Source: Chrysomallon squamiferum (taxonomy: Eukaryota > Animalia > Mollusca). From it: 64,000 bases of DNA. Shown one piece after another: positions 1 to 13,557 of this stretch. The DNA lies in NCBI GenBank assembly GCA_012295275.1, contig CM022679.1, forward strand, positions 14,570,001-14,634,000, in the 5' to 3' direction. The position numbers were made by a program, and so were the translations under genes. The notes below the pieces were generated by a model. That model was given only the letters and a program-made list of their open reading frames with translations. It was not told the DNA's origin and ran no database searches. The number at the start of each line of letters is the position of its first letter. The stretch's first letter is position 1.

Positions 1-918
1 TATCATATGTTATGCAATAAAAAAATATATATATTTTTTTTTAAATAAAAAATAATAACGTCAGTCAAGGATATAATAAAGTTCTTCGTTAGTCGGCTGC
101 AAACAACCATATCATACTCATGACGCAGACTCGATAAAGAAACCATGTCCTCTTACAAAAACATAGTTGATATTTATCTCATATAAAAACACTACATCGT
201 TACTTATGCAGTGTTTCATTATTAAGCCTACGCAGTTTTTTTTTTTATCCAATATAAATAACTTTGTAAACAAAAAAACATATAGAGATATTCTCGAAGC
301 AATGCCACTGTATCACATATGATCAATTAAAGTGTGATAAAAAAATAAAAAAATAAAATAAAAATCCCAGTACTAAAACATAGCGCTATTGGACGTGCAA
401 CTGGACTCTACTATTATCGTAATCGAACGTTCAGTAACATGTACTCCAGCGGCAAAATGGAATCTTGAAAAATTGATTAATAAAAATGTCGTTGAATGGT
501 GTTTTCCACACTGGCCAGTTATATCGCCTTGGGCAGTTATAATGACCCTCGAACATCACTTAGAGTTTGAACACGTTCAATATGACAACCTGATCATAAT
601 TATTAGATTTTATTCTTTTTCTTTTCGATCTGTTCAAAATGTTGCATTACCAGGTTTCTTCAGAGAGAATCTTAAAATGTTTTCAAATATCAGAAACCAT
701 ACTCTTAGGTTTGAGAAAGATAGGGAGAATTAAATGTGCCATTGTGTGTGTATGTGTGGGCGTGTGCGTGTGTGTGTGAGAGAGAGAGCTGAAAAAAGAT
801 TCAGTGAAAGGGATATAAATATAATAACTATTCTTAGTGGGTTTATTTTTATTTTATTTTTTTTTTATTATTCGTGATTTTATTAAATATGAGTATCCAT
901 TTAATACTTAAATTATAC

Positions 919-1068
919 CTTCTCTTCCATACAGTGGTCACACTGAAACGGCAAGCGATGGTAACGTAGGTCTAAAGTCTGCAGTCTCTGATGCTCCCAG
1001 AGGTCATACGGGGTCAGTACACTGGCGAACTTCTTCGTTGTAGGAGGGTCACCAATCTCTATACGAAC
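919..1068 (-). CDS. PALD1: Paladin coding exon 15 (VRIEIGDPPTTKKFASVLTPYDLWEHQRLQTLDLRYHRLPFQCDHCMEEK)
   Basis: Acceptor atttcag|, donor AAG|GTATAA, 150 nt. Contains the L.YHRLP motif of the second repeat. Confidence 0.92.
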
Positions 1069-1471
1069 CTGAAATATAAAAATCACAATTAACAGCATCA
1101 TATTAGCACATGTTATAAAAGAGATTGTTATACTGCTTCATAACTACATGTATGTGCGTTTCTCTATTCACTTGTTCAGAAATGATCTTTCGTGCAGTGG
1201 TCTTGCAGGAACGTCGAAACAAGGCCATTCCTTGTAATTACAAAATTGTTAATTTGTCAAAGATGTTAAATATTTTAAAATAAAAATTCAGCTGATTCAT
1301 ATACTACTTGATTAAGACGAATGTCGTGCATGTTATTTAAGAATTCCGTCACTGTAGTTTAGTTTTATACTGTATCGATATAATTTCAGGTTTGATTTAT
1401 TTTATTTTGTTTGATTTATTTTATTTTGTTTGTTTTTAATTAATTAATTAATTAATTAATTAATTTAATTA

Positions 1472-1519
<48 letters not shown>

Positions 1520-1547
1520 TATTATTATATGGCAATATAAATATATA

Positions 1548-2256
1548 CAGTGGTACCTTGGCTTGCGAGTTTAATTAGTTCCGTGACTGAGCTTGTAACT
1601 CAACTTACTTGTATATCAAATCAATTTTCCCAACCGAAATTAATTAAAATACCATTAATCCGTTCCAGCCTCACAAAACTACCCCATTTTTATTTTTGTA
1701 ACGTGTTTTTAAATAAGAAAAATGTATTTATAAATGATTAATATTGTATGAAAACAAAATAAAAGAGAATGTAAAGAAATAAATTGGTTTTGTAAAATGT
1801 ATTTATCTTGGCGATCAGACACATTATTTTAACGCCTTTGGCTGGAGTTACAGGCGTTATCGACTCCTTCTGCTTTATGTGTGGTAGTACGCTCATACTG
1901 TCTAGCCAAGTCGACACCTCGCTCATAATTTTCTATGATTTCATTCTTTAATTCAATTGACATAATCCGCTTCTTCTTCTCAGCACTGTCCTTTGCATTC
2001 ACTTTCTTACGATCCATGGTCAGACAAAAAGAAATTTGGCAAAATACTTTATAAAACGCGAACACAACACAACAACGATGCTTCCGCGGCGAGGTAACAA
2101 TGTAAAGTAAACGAGTGAGACGCGAAATGCTGGCCGGATGTTGTGTTGTTCGTTGCGCCAACTAGCGGCGGCGTATCTGAAGCAAAAATCAACCAAGCGA
2201 CTGCTCGTAACTCGGAAAACTCGTAAGATGGGGCACTCGTGGTCAAGGTACCACTG
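1548..2256 (-). mobile_element. Non-autonomous Tigger/pogo (Tc1-mariner superfamily) DNA transposon, 709 bp
   Basis: Terminal inverted repeats CAGTGGTACCTTG / CAAGGTACCACTG (13 bp perfect, about 23 bp imperfect), each flanked by TA. Internal remnant of the transposase N-terminal HTH (MDRKKVNAKDSAEKKKRIMSIELKNEIIENYERG..VDLARQYERT; KQKESITPVTPAKGVK in another frame). No DDE domain. Confidence 0.92.
1822..2017 (-). pseudogene. Truncated, frameshifted Tigger transposase 5' remnant (CENP-B-type/psq HTH)
   Basis: ATG at 2017. The peptide resembles Tigger transposase N-termini, with small deletions and a frame change before KQKESI. Confidence 0.85.
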
Positions 2257-2394
2257 TATATATATATATATATTCCTGTTTAATTCACTGGTATAATTGG
2301 AAAATGGATGTAAGGTATTTTTATGCGCAATATTTTTTCTTGACTCTGATGACAAGATTACTTAAATTACGTCCAGTATGATTCAAATGAATTA

Positions 2395-2463
2395 ATGAAT
2401 GAACGAATGTTTAACGACAGACACCCCGGCATAACAAAATATATCGGCTACTGGGTGTCAAAC
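2395..2463 (-). mobile_element. SINE-like 3' tail fragment ending in (CATT)n
   Basis: GAATGAACGAATGTTTAACGAC..ACCCC matches the reverse complement of 19738-19768 (GGGTGTCGTTAAACATTCATTCATTCATT). Confidence 0.55.
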
Positions 2464-2607
2464 AAAGTTAAATATAACAAAATGATTCCAATATGATTCA
2501 GTGCAGGATAAAAGTGTTTTATGTATGGCTGATAAAAAATATAGAAACATGTAAAAATAGTTATAGTGAAAGAATTTCTACAGATTTCTAAAATTGTTAT
2601 TGTTGTT

Positions 2608-2638
<31 letters not shown>

Positions 2639-3613
2639 TTATTATTATTATATCATCATCAATGTTGATCCCATATTATCATCATCATCATCATCAATCA
2701 GTGTTGATCCCATATTTTCACCTAAACTAAATTCTCAGTATTTCTCTCAGCAGACAAGTTTTAAAACAATCAATCGTTAAATGCCAATAAGCTCAAAATT
2801 TAATTATCTCATTAAAGGTCTCCTCTGCTACTTGGAAGAACCCTCGTCTTTTTAATTTGTTTTCATAGTGCGCTGAAGGACAAGCTGATTTTTCTCTTTC
2901 TGTTTACATGTCGGTTCGTTAACACGGGCGCTCGTTCTCGCTTTTGTTCCAGCGGCTTGTTTTTAAGACGCCTTAAACTTTTAGTCTAATTGTGGGCTTC
3001 ACGACCGGAAGTGTGATCCTGACCTCCCAGTGAAATGGCTTCCTCTCAGACCGGAACGCGCATGAGCGAGACATTTTGTTTTATTAATCTGGGGTCACTT
3101 GGCGCGACCGAACACAACATCGATACACCATTTCCTGTCGGCAGAACCTGCAACTGAACTCGCATCACGGTGAGCAAAATGATTACCGCGACGATGAAAC
3201 GATTATTCTGAAATCGCTTTCAACAAATCGTGGCTTTTGATTTGTATTCTGTTCTTCGACGGAACTTCTATTTATGATGCAGACAAAGATATTTCTCGTT
3301 TACAAAACGTTAATGAAGACCGTCTGCAAACATTATTAATGTGTCAGAAACCGAATTACAAAACAATATTTAGCGACAGAAGCAACCACAACAACTACGC
3401 AGTGATAAATGACCAAGGATATCAAGTTTATTTTTATTTAGATACAGAATAGCAAGTACCGCAATGGTAATAATAATAAAAATAATAATAATAATTGGTA
3501 TTGGTTTTATATTAACCTAAAAATATATAATGATGATTATTTTTATTTTTATTATTGAATAGCAAGTACCACAATGAAATAAATTATTTTACATGAAAAC
3601 TGTAGGATATAGA

Positions 3614-3650
<37 letters not shown>

Positions 3651-5146
3651 TAAAAGAGAGAAGATGAAATGTTACTCTCCCAGACATGGTTCTATCCAAA
3701 CCACAAATAACTGGATTTATTTATTTGCATTTTTTTTTTTTCCTTCTTCTTCAAAACACCCAAAGGATACAATTTGTAAGAAAAAAGAAGAAAATAAAAG
3801 AAAAAAAGAAAATCAATAAGAAAACTTTATTTTTGTACCGTTCTATTTCAAATACATCAAAGTTATTGCTGAAAATAAAATACACGCTGTGTTGCATGCA
3901 CAAAACGACAAAGGAATCGGCCACGTAAGAAACAGAAGGAAAAAAAAAAAAAAAAAAAAAAACCTCGTCATTGCACAAACATCAAAAGATTCTTTCATTT
4001 CTATTGATCTTGGACACAACAAACTATTAATTACGTTTGGTGTTGTGAACAGAAAAAGTTATTCTGTGTCTCAACTCAGAAATGTCTGTCACCTTTCGTC
4101 ACAAATATTTAAGTCATCTTGACTTTCTGAACAAGATGAACTCGAGGTTTAGCAGTTTTGGATATCTTTTGTTGCGTTCAATAGGGTTATATATATATAT
4201 ATATATATCTTAATTTTTTAATTTTAATTATTTTTTTAGTTATTGCTCGTGTGTTGTTGTGTTCTTGTTATTATTATTATTATTATTGTTACTACCATAA
4301 ACCTATATGAAATCAAATGCAGTGCTTTTTCAGCTGATGAAAGGTTTAATTAAAGGTGAATGGAACTATGCTAATATTATTTTGATTATAACAATTTTCT
4401 AGATTTCACTCCGGTGTTTTTTCAGTCTGTTTTTACTACATCCTTAATTATTACTCAGTTTTGAAATTGGTGTACTTTTTAAAAAGTCGAAATACATTTA
4501 CCTACAGATCAGATTGGACTGAACAGAAATCACATAGAAACACTGAGCAAATAATCAGTTTTCTCATACACTAGTTCTAATAAACTCTTACCCTGCACAC
4601 AATTTCCGAGCATCTGCAATTGATACAGGTAAACGACAAATCGAAAACAGTATTATATACACTATTGTGTGCATCTGTATCATTTCGTTATTTTCTTCAT
4701 CAAATAAACACAGAATCTACCAAGTTTTATTATGAGAAATAACAAAAGAAGCTTTTGTAATCTGAATTCACTGAATCTTGCCGTGACAAATACACACGAA
4801 AAAGCTGACGTCTATGTCTTATAAATCAAACAGGATACCAGCGACTCCGACTTTTTATCTTATAACTGTCAATTATGTTTCTTTCATCAGTAAAGAAAAT
4901 AAAACGTTTTGATAAATGAATTGTTACAGTATATGACAACGAACTGTCAATCATCTGTCAAAGTGATTTGTATGTAATTATCGCTTAAAATTGTAAAAGG
5001 TGTTATAAACGTACATTTTAAATTGAGGAGAGAGAAGAAAGAACAAAATATTTGGATCAAAACTCCTGATAACTGCATTTGCCATTTACGTGATATATGC
5101 ATAATTATTTTAACATGGTAGTAATGTGATAAGTCCATATGTGTAC

Positions 5147-5198
<52 letters not shown>

Positions 5199-5452
5199 AT
5201 TTGCATCTATATATGTGAGTTTCATAATCTCTTTTTTTTTTTTTTTTTTTTCTTTTTTTTTTCTGTTGCTGAAAAAAGGCCATTATCCTATTACTTTCTT
5301 TTTACTTCACTTTGAAATTAAACTATTGAATTTTGACGTAAATTATTGATTTATGAGCACTTCAATGGAAATGGTTTCTAAGTGATATACTTTTATGGAC
5401 ATGTTTGACTGACTAAGGTGAATGACTTTAATTAACTCTTTTCAAGACTCAC

Positions 5453-5503
5453 CTGTAGATTCTTCGAACTTTTTATTTCTTTCTTTAACTGTTCTTCTTT
5501 TTC
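5453..5503 (-). CDS. PALD1: Paladin coding exon 14 (EKEEQLKKEIKSSKNLQ)
   Basis: Acceptor tgtttcag|, donor CAG|GTGAGT, 51 nt in frame. E.QLK corresponds to human LEAQLK. Confidence 0.82.
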
Positions 5504-6214
5504 CTGAAACAGAAATAAAAATTGAAATTAAATATCTTGTTTATGGTTTCTTGAATTGGTAAATCCAACAGTTAGCTCAAATAATATATCATTTCAATAT
5601 AACAATAAATAAAAAACTGAGTGTAGCCGTATGACAAAATACTATTAACAACAATAATAAAAATAACAATAATAACAATAATAATAATAACAATAACATA
5701 ATAATAATAACAAAACAACAATAATAATATTAATAATAATAATATTAATAAACAATTTTAATGTTACTGACTTAATATCAGTCGTTTTAGTCAAATTAAG
5801 ATTAGTGTTTTGTTAAAAGTAGTGTACGAAATAAAAAAAAAAAAAAATAAAAATAGAAATACTACATCATAATAAAGTAGTTTGGATACTACTGATACAG
5901 GATTTTTTTTCGTATTTTTCTTCATTTATTTTATCATTATTATTATTATGTTTTTTATATATATATTTAATTTTTTTTTTTTTTTTTACTTCTCCTCTTT
6001 CGATAACAACAACAACGCAACAAAAATAGTAGTAGTAGTAGTATCAGCGGCAGTAGTTATTTTTTGCTGATAACAACAACAATAACAGACTATATCCCTA
6101 TTTATTGGCCAGGTGACTTAAAATAAAAAAAATAATAATAAATAAAAAATAAAAAATATATAAATAAATAAATAATAATAAAAAAAAAAAAATAATTAAA
6201 ACAAAATAATAATA

Positions 6215-6252
<38 letters not shown>

Positions 6253-6332
6253 ATAAAAAAAAAAAATAATAATTAAATAAAATTTAAAAATAAATAAATA
6301 AATAAATACGCAAATAAATAAATAAAAATCAC

Positions 6333-6512
6333 CTCAATATCTTTAGCCGACGCTCTCTGTATCAAAATGGGTTCGTCTTCGTTGGACGCGTGGTGGACAC
6401 AGTACGTCTCTCCGTCACACTCGACCGTCAGGTCATTTCTCAGGTTAACCAGAACCACCTGTTTGTGTCCATGTTTCTTCTGCATCAGGTAACTGACCAC
6501 TCGCGATAAACC
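6333..6512 (-). CDS. PALD1: Paladin coding exon 13 (GLSRVVSYLMQKKHGHKQVVLVNLRNDLTVECDGETYCVHHASNEDEPILIQRASAKDIE)
   Basis: Acceptor ttaacag|, donor GAG|GTGATT, 180 nt. Resembles VVWVSLREEAVLECDGHTY. Confidence 0.92.
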
Positions 6513-7085
6513 CTGTTAATAATAATAAAAATAATTACAACAACCACAACAACAACAACAACAATAATAATAATAATAATAACAACAATAATAATAACAA
6601 TAATAATAATAATAATAATAATAACAATAATAATAATAATGTTAATGATGATGTTGATGACAATGATGATGATGATAATAATAACAATAATAATAATAAC
6701 AGTAACATATCATTTTATTTATGCCTTAATGAATAAACCACACAATAATACTTGGAAATTCGTGAAACAAAATGTCGGTCATTTTTATATTGTTTAGCTT
6801 TCATGTCTAACTAGTCGGCTAATACTTGTAACTGTTTTAAAGTACATTTAAACTAATAGACTATACCTAATGCTTAAAAGACACAATTTAATACGAACCA
6901 AGGCTACATAGCTACACTGTAATTACTAGAAACACTTCAAATGACAGTCTTTATAAAGTATTTGTTCCTGTCAGGTAGTGGTTTTTATGTCAACTTAAAT
7001 CGGTGTGTTTTGTACTTTAATCGTTAAAAGTACACTCTAAATATAATATTATTTAAATAAAATCCATAAAATGTCCGTCCAAACA

Positions 7086-7129
<44 letters not shown>

Positions 7130-7224
7130 AAGAAAATTAGTAAAAGAAAAGCCTGAATTATGTGGTAAAGAACAAAGAAAATTAATTTTCTATTTACAGT
7201 GTACTCGATATAGTTTTAATCTGT

Positions 7225-7355
7225 GGTTATTCAGCGCCATGAGAGAGGAAACTCGCTGCCGCATCGCGATCAGCTAATTTTGTGATGTTAGCAACAAGTG
7301 ATATTTTATACAGACCTTCCCATTAACAGCGCGACCTTTCATGAACCAGTTGTGG
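7225..7355 (+). mobile_element. Degenerate fragment of a SINE-like interspersed repeat
   Basis: GAGAGGAAACTCGCTG...TAGCAACAAGTGATATTTTATACAGACCTTCCCA...CCTTTCATGAACCAGTTGTGG. Related pieces at ~51825-51890, ~41575-41600 and ~23604-23640, and on the opposite strand at ~28266-28310 and ~55170-55207. Confidence 0.55.
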
Positions 7356-7430
7356 TCTACGTATTGTGTGGAGTGTACTATGATATTAAAGATGATGATG
7401 ATGATGATATCGATAATTTAGATGACATTA

Positions 7431-7467
<37 letters not shown>

Positions 7468-8776
7468 TAATTCTAAATTAAAAAGAAGGGACAATGTCAC
7501 TGGTATATCATTTGATCTCTGTATTACTTTGTGTAACGAAACCAAAAACACACAGAACAAAATATTGTAAACAACGAGAATTCGTTGTGGTGTAGTAGAC
7601 GAGGTGGCTATCAAGATGGCCACAACTGAATTATTGCTCGATACATCACTGCGGAACTCTGAACACCACATCAAAAACCAGGAGAAATCATTTCCATCTG
7701 AACTCCTTGCCATCAAAAGGCAACATTAATCTCGCCTGCATTAGCTATATAATCATGCTATGAGTTGAATTTTCGGTAAGCTTATCCAGTAATCAAATTT
7801 CGGCCTATTAAAACGGTAAATGGAATGTAATTAGTTTATTCCGGGAGAAAAACAAGGACATTAGGTTCCCAGATTTCTTGGCTATCCCCACAAGCCTTCA
7901 TTACTCGATTAATACCGTGTAAATGGATCGGTTTCGCGAGACAGTTTGAAAGTGTGGGACGGAACTGTATACTTATAAGTAGACAGTGATGAGTTGTAGG
8001 GCCATACTGACTAGGAAAAAACAAATTGAGAACCGGTGATATTTTCGTCAGCTGAAAACACCTCGGGTTATAGGTTAGCTGTTACTGAGATGGTCTGAAG
8101 GACGCGGCATCAGAATATAATGAGATGTATTATTCAGATTTGTTTTTCAGACAAATTATGGTTTTGTATATATCTTTAAGATGACACACGAAAGATGTTA
8201 TTTAGAATTTAGGTGTCATTAACTGCGAGTCAGGGATTTCATAAAAGCGGGGTTGGGTATGATTGGTTTGTTGTGGAAATGAATTCCATTACCGTGAACA
8301 AAAAGAATCAATGAAATAACTATGTGTATTATCATTGTTTGCTTTGTTGCTGTTTTTTCTTTCGTTTCCTTCTTTCTTTCTTTCTTTTTTTTTTATTAAA
8401 TATTTTCATTTTTATATATTGGTAATAATCAGTAAATGCTATAACATGCTCTTAAGTTATAAAAATTAAAATAATAATGATATATAAAAAACTGTCTATT
8501 AAAATATAATAAGATTCACTATTAATTAGAAAAATAAAAGAAACTCAACCTCAGCTGGTCGCCTTTACGAAAGTAATTATCTGTAAAAGAATCATTCGAT
8601 CAATGTACTTACAAAGTTAATACAATGCTTTGCTTAGAATCGTAATATCCTAACGATTTTGCTTAGAATCGTAATACCCTAACGATTTTTCATTAATTGT
8701 TCTAATCATTCATTTGAAGCGTGTTTGAAATCGGGCCAGACTGTTAAAAGTATTACACTCGTAAAAAAACACGTAC

Positions 8777-8893
8777 ATTGCGCCCAGGTTGTGCCATTCC
8801 GAAAATCGGAAGTCCCTGTAAGCGCCGGAAATTGGAAACCCTTACATCCATCTGAGTGCTGAGAGCGTCAAGACCGACGTAGGAGTCCGCTAC
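8777..8893 (-). CDS. PALD1: Paladin coding exon 12 (VADSYVGLDALSTQMDVRVSNFRRLQGLPIFGMAQPGRN)
   Basis: Acceptor ttttgcag|, donor AAT|GTACGT, 117 nt. Matches DALST..MDVANFRRVPRMPIYGTAQP at the start of the second phosphatase-like repeat. Confidence 0.95.
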
Positions 8894-9077
8894 CTGCAAA
8901 ACAACGACAACGGAAACTTTAACTTGACAGATCACCAGACGTACAAATCACACGTCTTACTGTTCAGTCTTGAATTCTTAAAGAAATAAACAAGACCATT
9001 TTACTGTTATTTAGAAATAGCAACACACGTACTATATGATATACATACATACACACACACACGTAAATATTGTTGTT

Positions 9078-9108
<31 letters not shown>

Positions 9109-9326
9109 TTGCTGTCATATTATCGTTTCGAGCAATTCATAAAGTTATTTATTTATTTATTTATTTATCTATATATTTATTTATTTATTTTTAAATTTAA
9201 TTTAAGTATTTTATAAAATGTAAATAAGCTTATAAATTATTAAATAAAAATATTTACAATAACACTGCGTGTCGTTATTTGTCATGAAAGGTGAAACGTT
9301 TATAACTCTGCTCAGACTGAACTTAC

Positions 9327-9455
9327 CAAGAAGCGGTCGGACGTCAGTGCTTTGTGGTTTGCCTTCTCGCAGTAGTCCAAGGCACAGCAGATTCGAGTCA
9401 CTTCTGGGTGAAGATGAACCCAGCGACTGTAAGGAATCGAAAATCTCCGCCGAAA
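9327..9455 (-). CDS. PALD1: Paladin coding exon 11 (FRRRFSIPYSRWVHLHPEVTRICCALDYCEKANHKALTSDRFL)
   Basis: Acceptor atttcag|, donor TTG|GTAAGT, 129 nt. Resembles FSRWLCAHPELYR. Confidence 0.9.
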
Positions 9456-9496
9456 CTGAAATTCAGAATACAAAAATCAGAAGAATTTTAATTTGC

Positions 9497-9527
<31 letters not shown>

Positions 9528-10009
9528 TAGCAAGAAGGCTTAGTTTATACGCTCCTTCCCATAAGCGACTGGAAAAGAACAATGGCCGTTGATAGCTTAT
9601 TACCTGTTTACCATTCTTCTAGCCCATCAGCTAAAACCAGTCGCGAAAAAGCAAAATAAATAAAACAGGATAAACAGAATCAATAAAATAAATAAGAATG
9701 AATGAATGAATGAAAGAATAAATAAATGAATAAATAAATAAATGATAACTAAAAAACTAATAAAAAGAAATGAATATATATGTTATTTTATTTATGTTAT
9801 ATATATATATAAAAACTAATTAATAATTATATATACATGCATATATAACCTAAAATAAAATATTAATATATCATAAAGCAGATCGTTAATAATAATATAA
9901 AGCAGATCGCTGCTAATAATAAATAAATAAATAAATAAATAATTTTCAAAACGAGTTGATTTCATCTAAGATGGCTTCCTTAGGTAAATATCAAGTTACA
10001 ATATCTCAC

Positions 10010-10105
10010 CTGATCGTGCAAGTAAGCGTTGTAGCAGATAAGAACCATGTAACGTTCCAAGTATTCATTACACTTTTTTCTCAGTTCGTGCCTTAGTTTT
10101 TTGTC
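10010..10105 (-). CDS. PALD1: Paladin coding exon 10 (DKKLRHELRKKCNEYLERYMVLICYNAYLHDQ)
   Basis: Acceptor ttttccag|, donor CAG|GTGAGA, 96 nt. Matches the LERYFYLILFNYYLHEQ motif. Confidence 0.94.
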
Positions 10106-11034
10106 CTGGAAAATAAATCAGTTTAAAAATAAATAAATAAGATTAAATATATAGAGACAAGTAGATTGGTGTCACATTTTTAATGGGTTTGATGGCAGTT
10201 ATCGTTTATAAAAACTGTTTTAAAAATTATGATCAAAATCATTATTATTATTTTTTTTTTAAAATAAATAATACACAATGGAAGATGAAATATTAAACCA
10301 AAATCATTAATTATTTATATGCAGTTACTTAATACACATGCCACAGATTACAGAATACTGAAACCTAAATCATTTATACATATATACAGGTTGGGTTTTT
10401 TTTACTTTTTGTGTGTTTTTTTTTTTTTTTTTTTTTTTCTCATATTTTCGTCATATGAGACATTTTAAATTCTGAAACTCAGCATTAAATCAATAGCAAC
10501 TATCATTTTACCATTTTGAAAGTTATTTTAAACTAGGGATCGGGGTCACAGATAGACAATATAAGAAATCAATTAAAAAGTCGAAGATGTTGATGTCAAC
10601 GTTGTTGCTGCAGCCGCCGGTCTCTTAAGATCGCTTCTAAGTACATAACAACGGATACGTTCAAGACGACATCATCATCTTTTGCATTATACTTTTTCAT
10701 AAAGTAAACATGGTCTTCTAAAAATAAGAATTCCGCGGCAAGAGTTAAAAAAAATCTCCCAACATGAACAATATTAATGTCTCAGTAAATAGCAAGATGC
10801 GTGGTTGGCGAAGCTGTTTGCACATTTTATGAAAGTTGTTATTACAAATTTAGATGTTTTCATAGGCATTAAGTATTCTTGATGGGGAGAGCATCTCCAG
10901 GCTATGGACAAAATGGTCTTTCAGACTAACTTATAGAATTCGCATTTCACGTTATTGGTCCCTTGTAATTGAGTTTCAGTACATTATATTTGTTATACAA
11001 TTAATTCATTTTTATTTATTTATTTATTTATTAA

Positions 11035-11090
<56 letters not shown>

Positions 11091-11143
11091 CTTTATTATT
11101 TTTATTTTTTTTTATTTTTTGTTAGATACACATACACACAAAA

Positions 11144-11222
<79 letters not shown>

Positions 11223-11567
11223 TTCTTATTTTAGTTGCTTTTTATGGATACGGCTATCTCTGTTCTGAAATATATATATAACATTTTACTTTATTATATT
11301 TAAACAAAACCTTTATATTGCACCGTCGAATTCTCTTACCAGTTACTAGTAATGGAATTATATTTATTTTTACTTGAACGAACGGCTTTGTATACACCAG
11401 TCTTGGGAAAAGTGACTGAAATGGAAATTAGACAAAAAAGAGCGCGCAGAGAGGGAGGGGTTGACCTCACCTCCTCTCATGCACCGGTTTAATTATGCAG
11501 GCATACTGCACTCCTTGGGTTGCGGGGTGAACTGTACTATGTAGATGACATTTAATAAAATCATTAC

Positions 11568-11654
11568 CTTTTCCGTGTGCATCTCTAATGCTGTCTTGTA
11601 AATGATTGTCCTCAGGTTGATCATTTCGCTACACTGGTCAATGATGGTGTCGAG
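11568..11654 (-). CDS. PALD1: Paladin coding exon 9 (LDTIIDQCSEMINLRTIIYKTALEMHTEK)
   Basis: Acceptor tttttcag|, donor AAG|GTAATG, 87 nt. Contains the D..ID.CS...NLR motif. Confidence 0.92.
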
Positions 11655-11925
11655 CTGAAAAATATTTTTTATTATTAGATCTGTATCAGTCACGTCCCTT
11701 CTGTTGTCAATCCTGTTACTTTCAGTTCATTGTCAGGGCTACGTTAAAAACTGTGAAATGTTCAGAGTAATCAACAATCGTAATGTGCTGGTTTCCGTAG
11801 TGTGTGCAGTGTTTGTTTCTGTGCGTGCGGTCTTTTTCTGTTGTGATTAGTATTTTAGAAGATCATGTGCTGTAATATTTGAAACTGGTAAAATATAATC
11901 AATCAATCAATCTCTCAATCTCAAT

Positions 11926-12027
<102 letters not shown>

Positions 12028-12122
12028 TCTAAATAAAATCTCTCTGAAAATCTCTCTCTCTCTCTCTCATGATGTTTTCTCTCTCTCTCTCTCATTATAA
12101 ATAAAATAAGTGAAAATAGTAC

Positions 12123-12234
12123 ATGATGTTTTAGAGGCACTCCATGATTTAAAACCTTCACCAAGGCGTGGACAGCCAGAAATTCACCATTCTCATAATC
12201 TGGATTCTGCACGTTAAATTCCTTTGAGTGACTA
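12123..12234 (-). CDS. PALD1: Paladin coding exon 8 (NSHSKEFNVQNPDYENGEFLAVHALVKVLNHGVPLKHH)
   Basis: Acceptor tttttgcag| (CAGTAG tandem), donor CAT|GTACTA, 112 nt, phase 2 to 0. GEF..V..LV..L..G is typical of paladin family proteins. Confidence 0.87.
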
Positions 12235-13347
12235 CTGCAAAAAAAAATAATACCAATAATAATAACAATGACGATGGTGATGATGAGGACGACAACGACG
12301 ACGATGATGATAATAATACATGACGCAAGCAAACGTAAACAAATGGAATTTCATTATGGGAAAATAAAAAGTATACTGAATCAATTATAACTCTGTGTCG
12401 GGGAAAACTGATATGTCAACAGATAAACACAAATAAGTGATAAATAAACAACGAGAGCCTGCATTTGCAGTAATTGCTTTTCGCTCAAACAGATTATAAC
12501 TTCTGTTGTTTATTTTTTATTGTCCTTAAAAAACATAAAAGATATGTGCATTTGTGTATGTGTCTGTGTGTGTTTTGTGTGCATGTACGTATCTACATGT
12601 GTTTATGTATCTACATGTATGTATGTATGTATGTATGGTATGTATGTTTGTATGTATGTATGTATGTGCTTATATATGTATGTATATATGTATCTATGCG
12701 CATATATGCATGTATGAATGCACATGTTTATATATATTTTATTAGACAAAATTTAAGATGTTAAAATAAATAAATAAATAAATAAATAAATAAAGCCAAA
12801 TAAAATATGTCAACTATTGCTCAGGAAAAGGTTATCTAATTTATCTGCATGGAATCATTCAAAGAAACAAATAAAACAAAAAAATACAGAAAAATAACAC
12901 ACATCCACAATGTTGATACCATTAAAAAGATTATTCAACCAAAATTTTTATTTATTGGGGAAAAAACAAAAAAAATACATAAATAAAAAAAATAATTAAA
13001 ACAAATTGGGATTTGTTTCGGAAAACCAGTATCTAAACCGGAAAATGAAATCAACAATATACTGACCTATGCATAAGGCAGGAAGACAGAATATTTCTAT
13101 AAATGAAAATACGTTAAAGGGCAGTAATACAGAAGGTGACCTCAATTAAATTTTAAAATTAGAAATTCACAATCGCATGCAAATTACTCACGCAGACAAA
13201 TATCTCAAAATATTTACATTCATACAGAAAGGCACGCATGCCTGCGTATGTACATGCTTGTATCCATCTATTGATCATCTATCCATATAAACATACATAC
13301 ATACATATACATACATACATACATACATACATATAAACATACATACA

Positions 13348-13381
<34 letters not shown>

Positions 13382-13498
13382 CATACAAACGTATTTGCAT
13401 TCACAGACGCACACATTTAAGGGATATTATTTATGTTACTTTATTTTAATTTTTGAATTATTACTGTTATTACTATTATTGTTATTATCATTATCATT

Positions 13499-13557
<59 letters not shown>

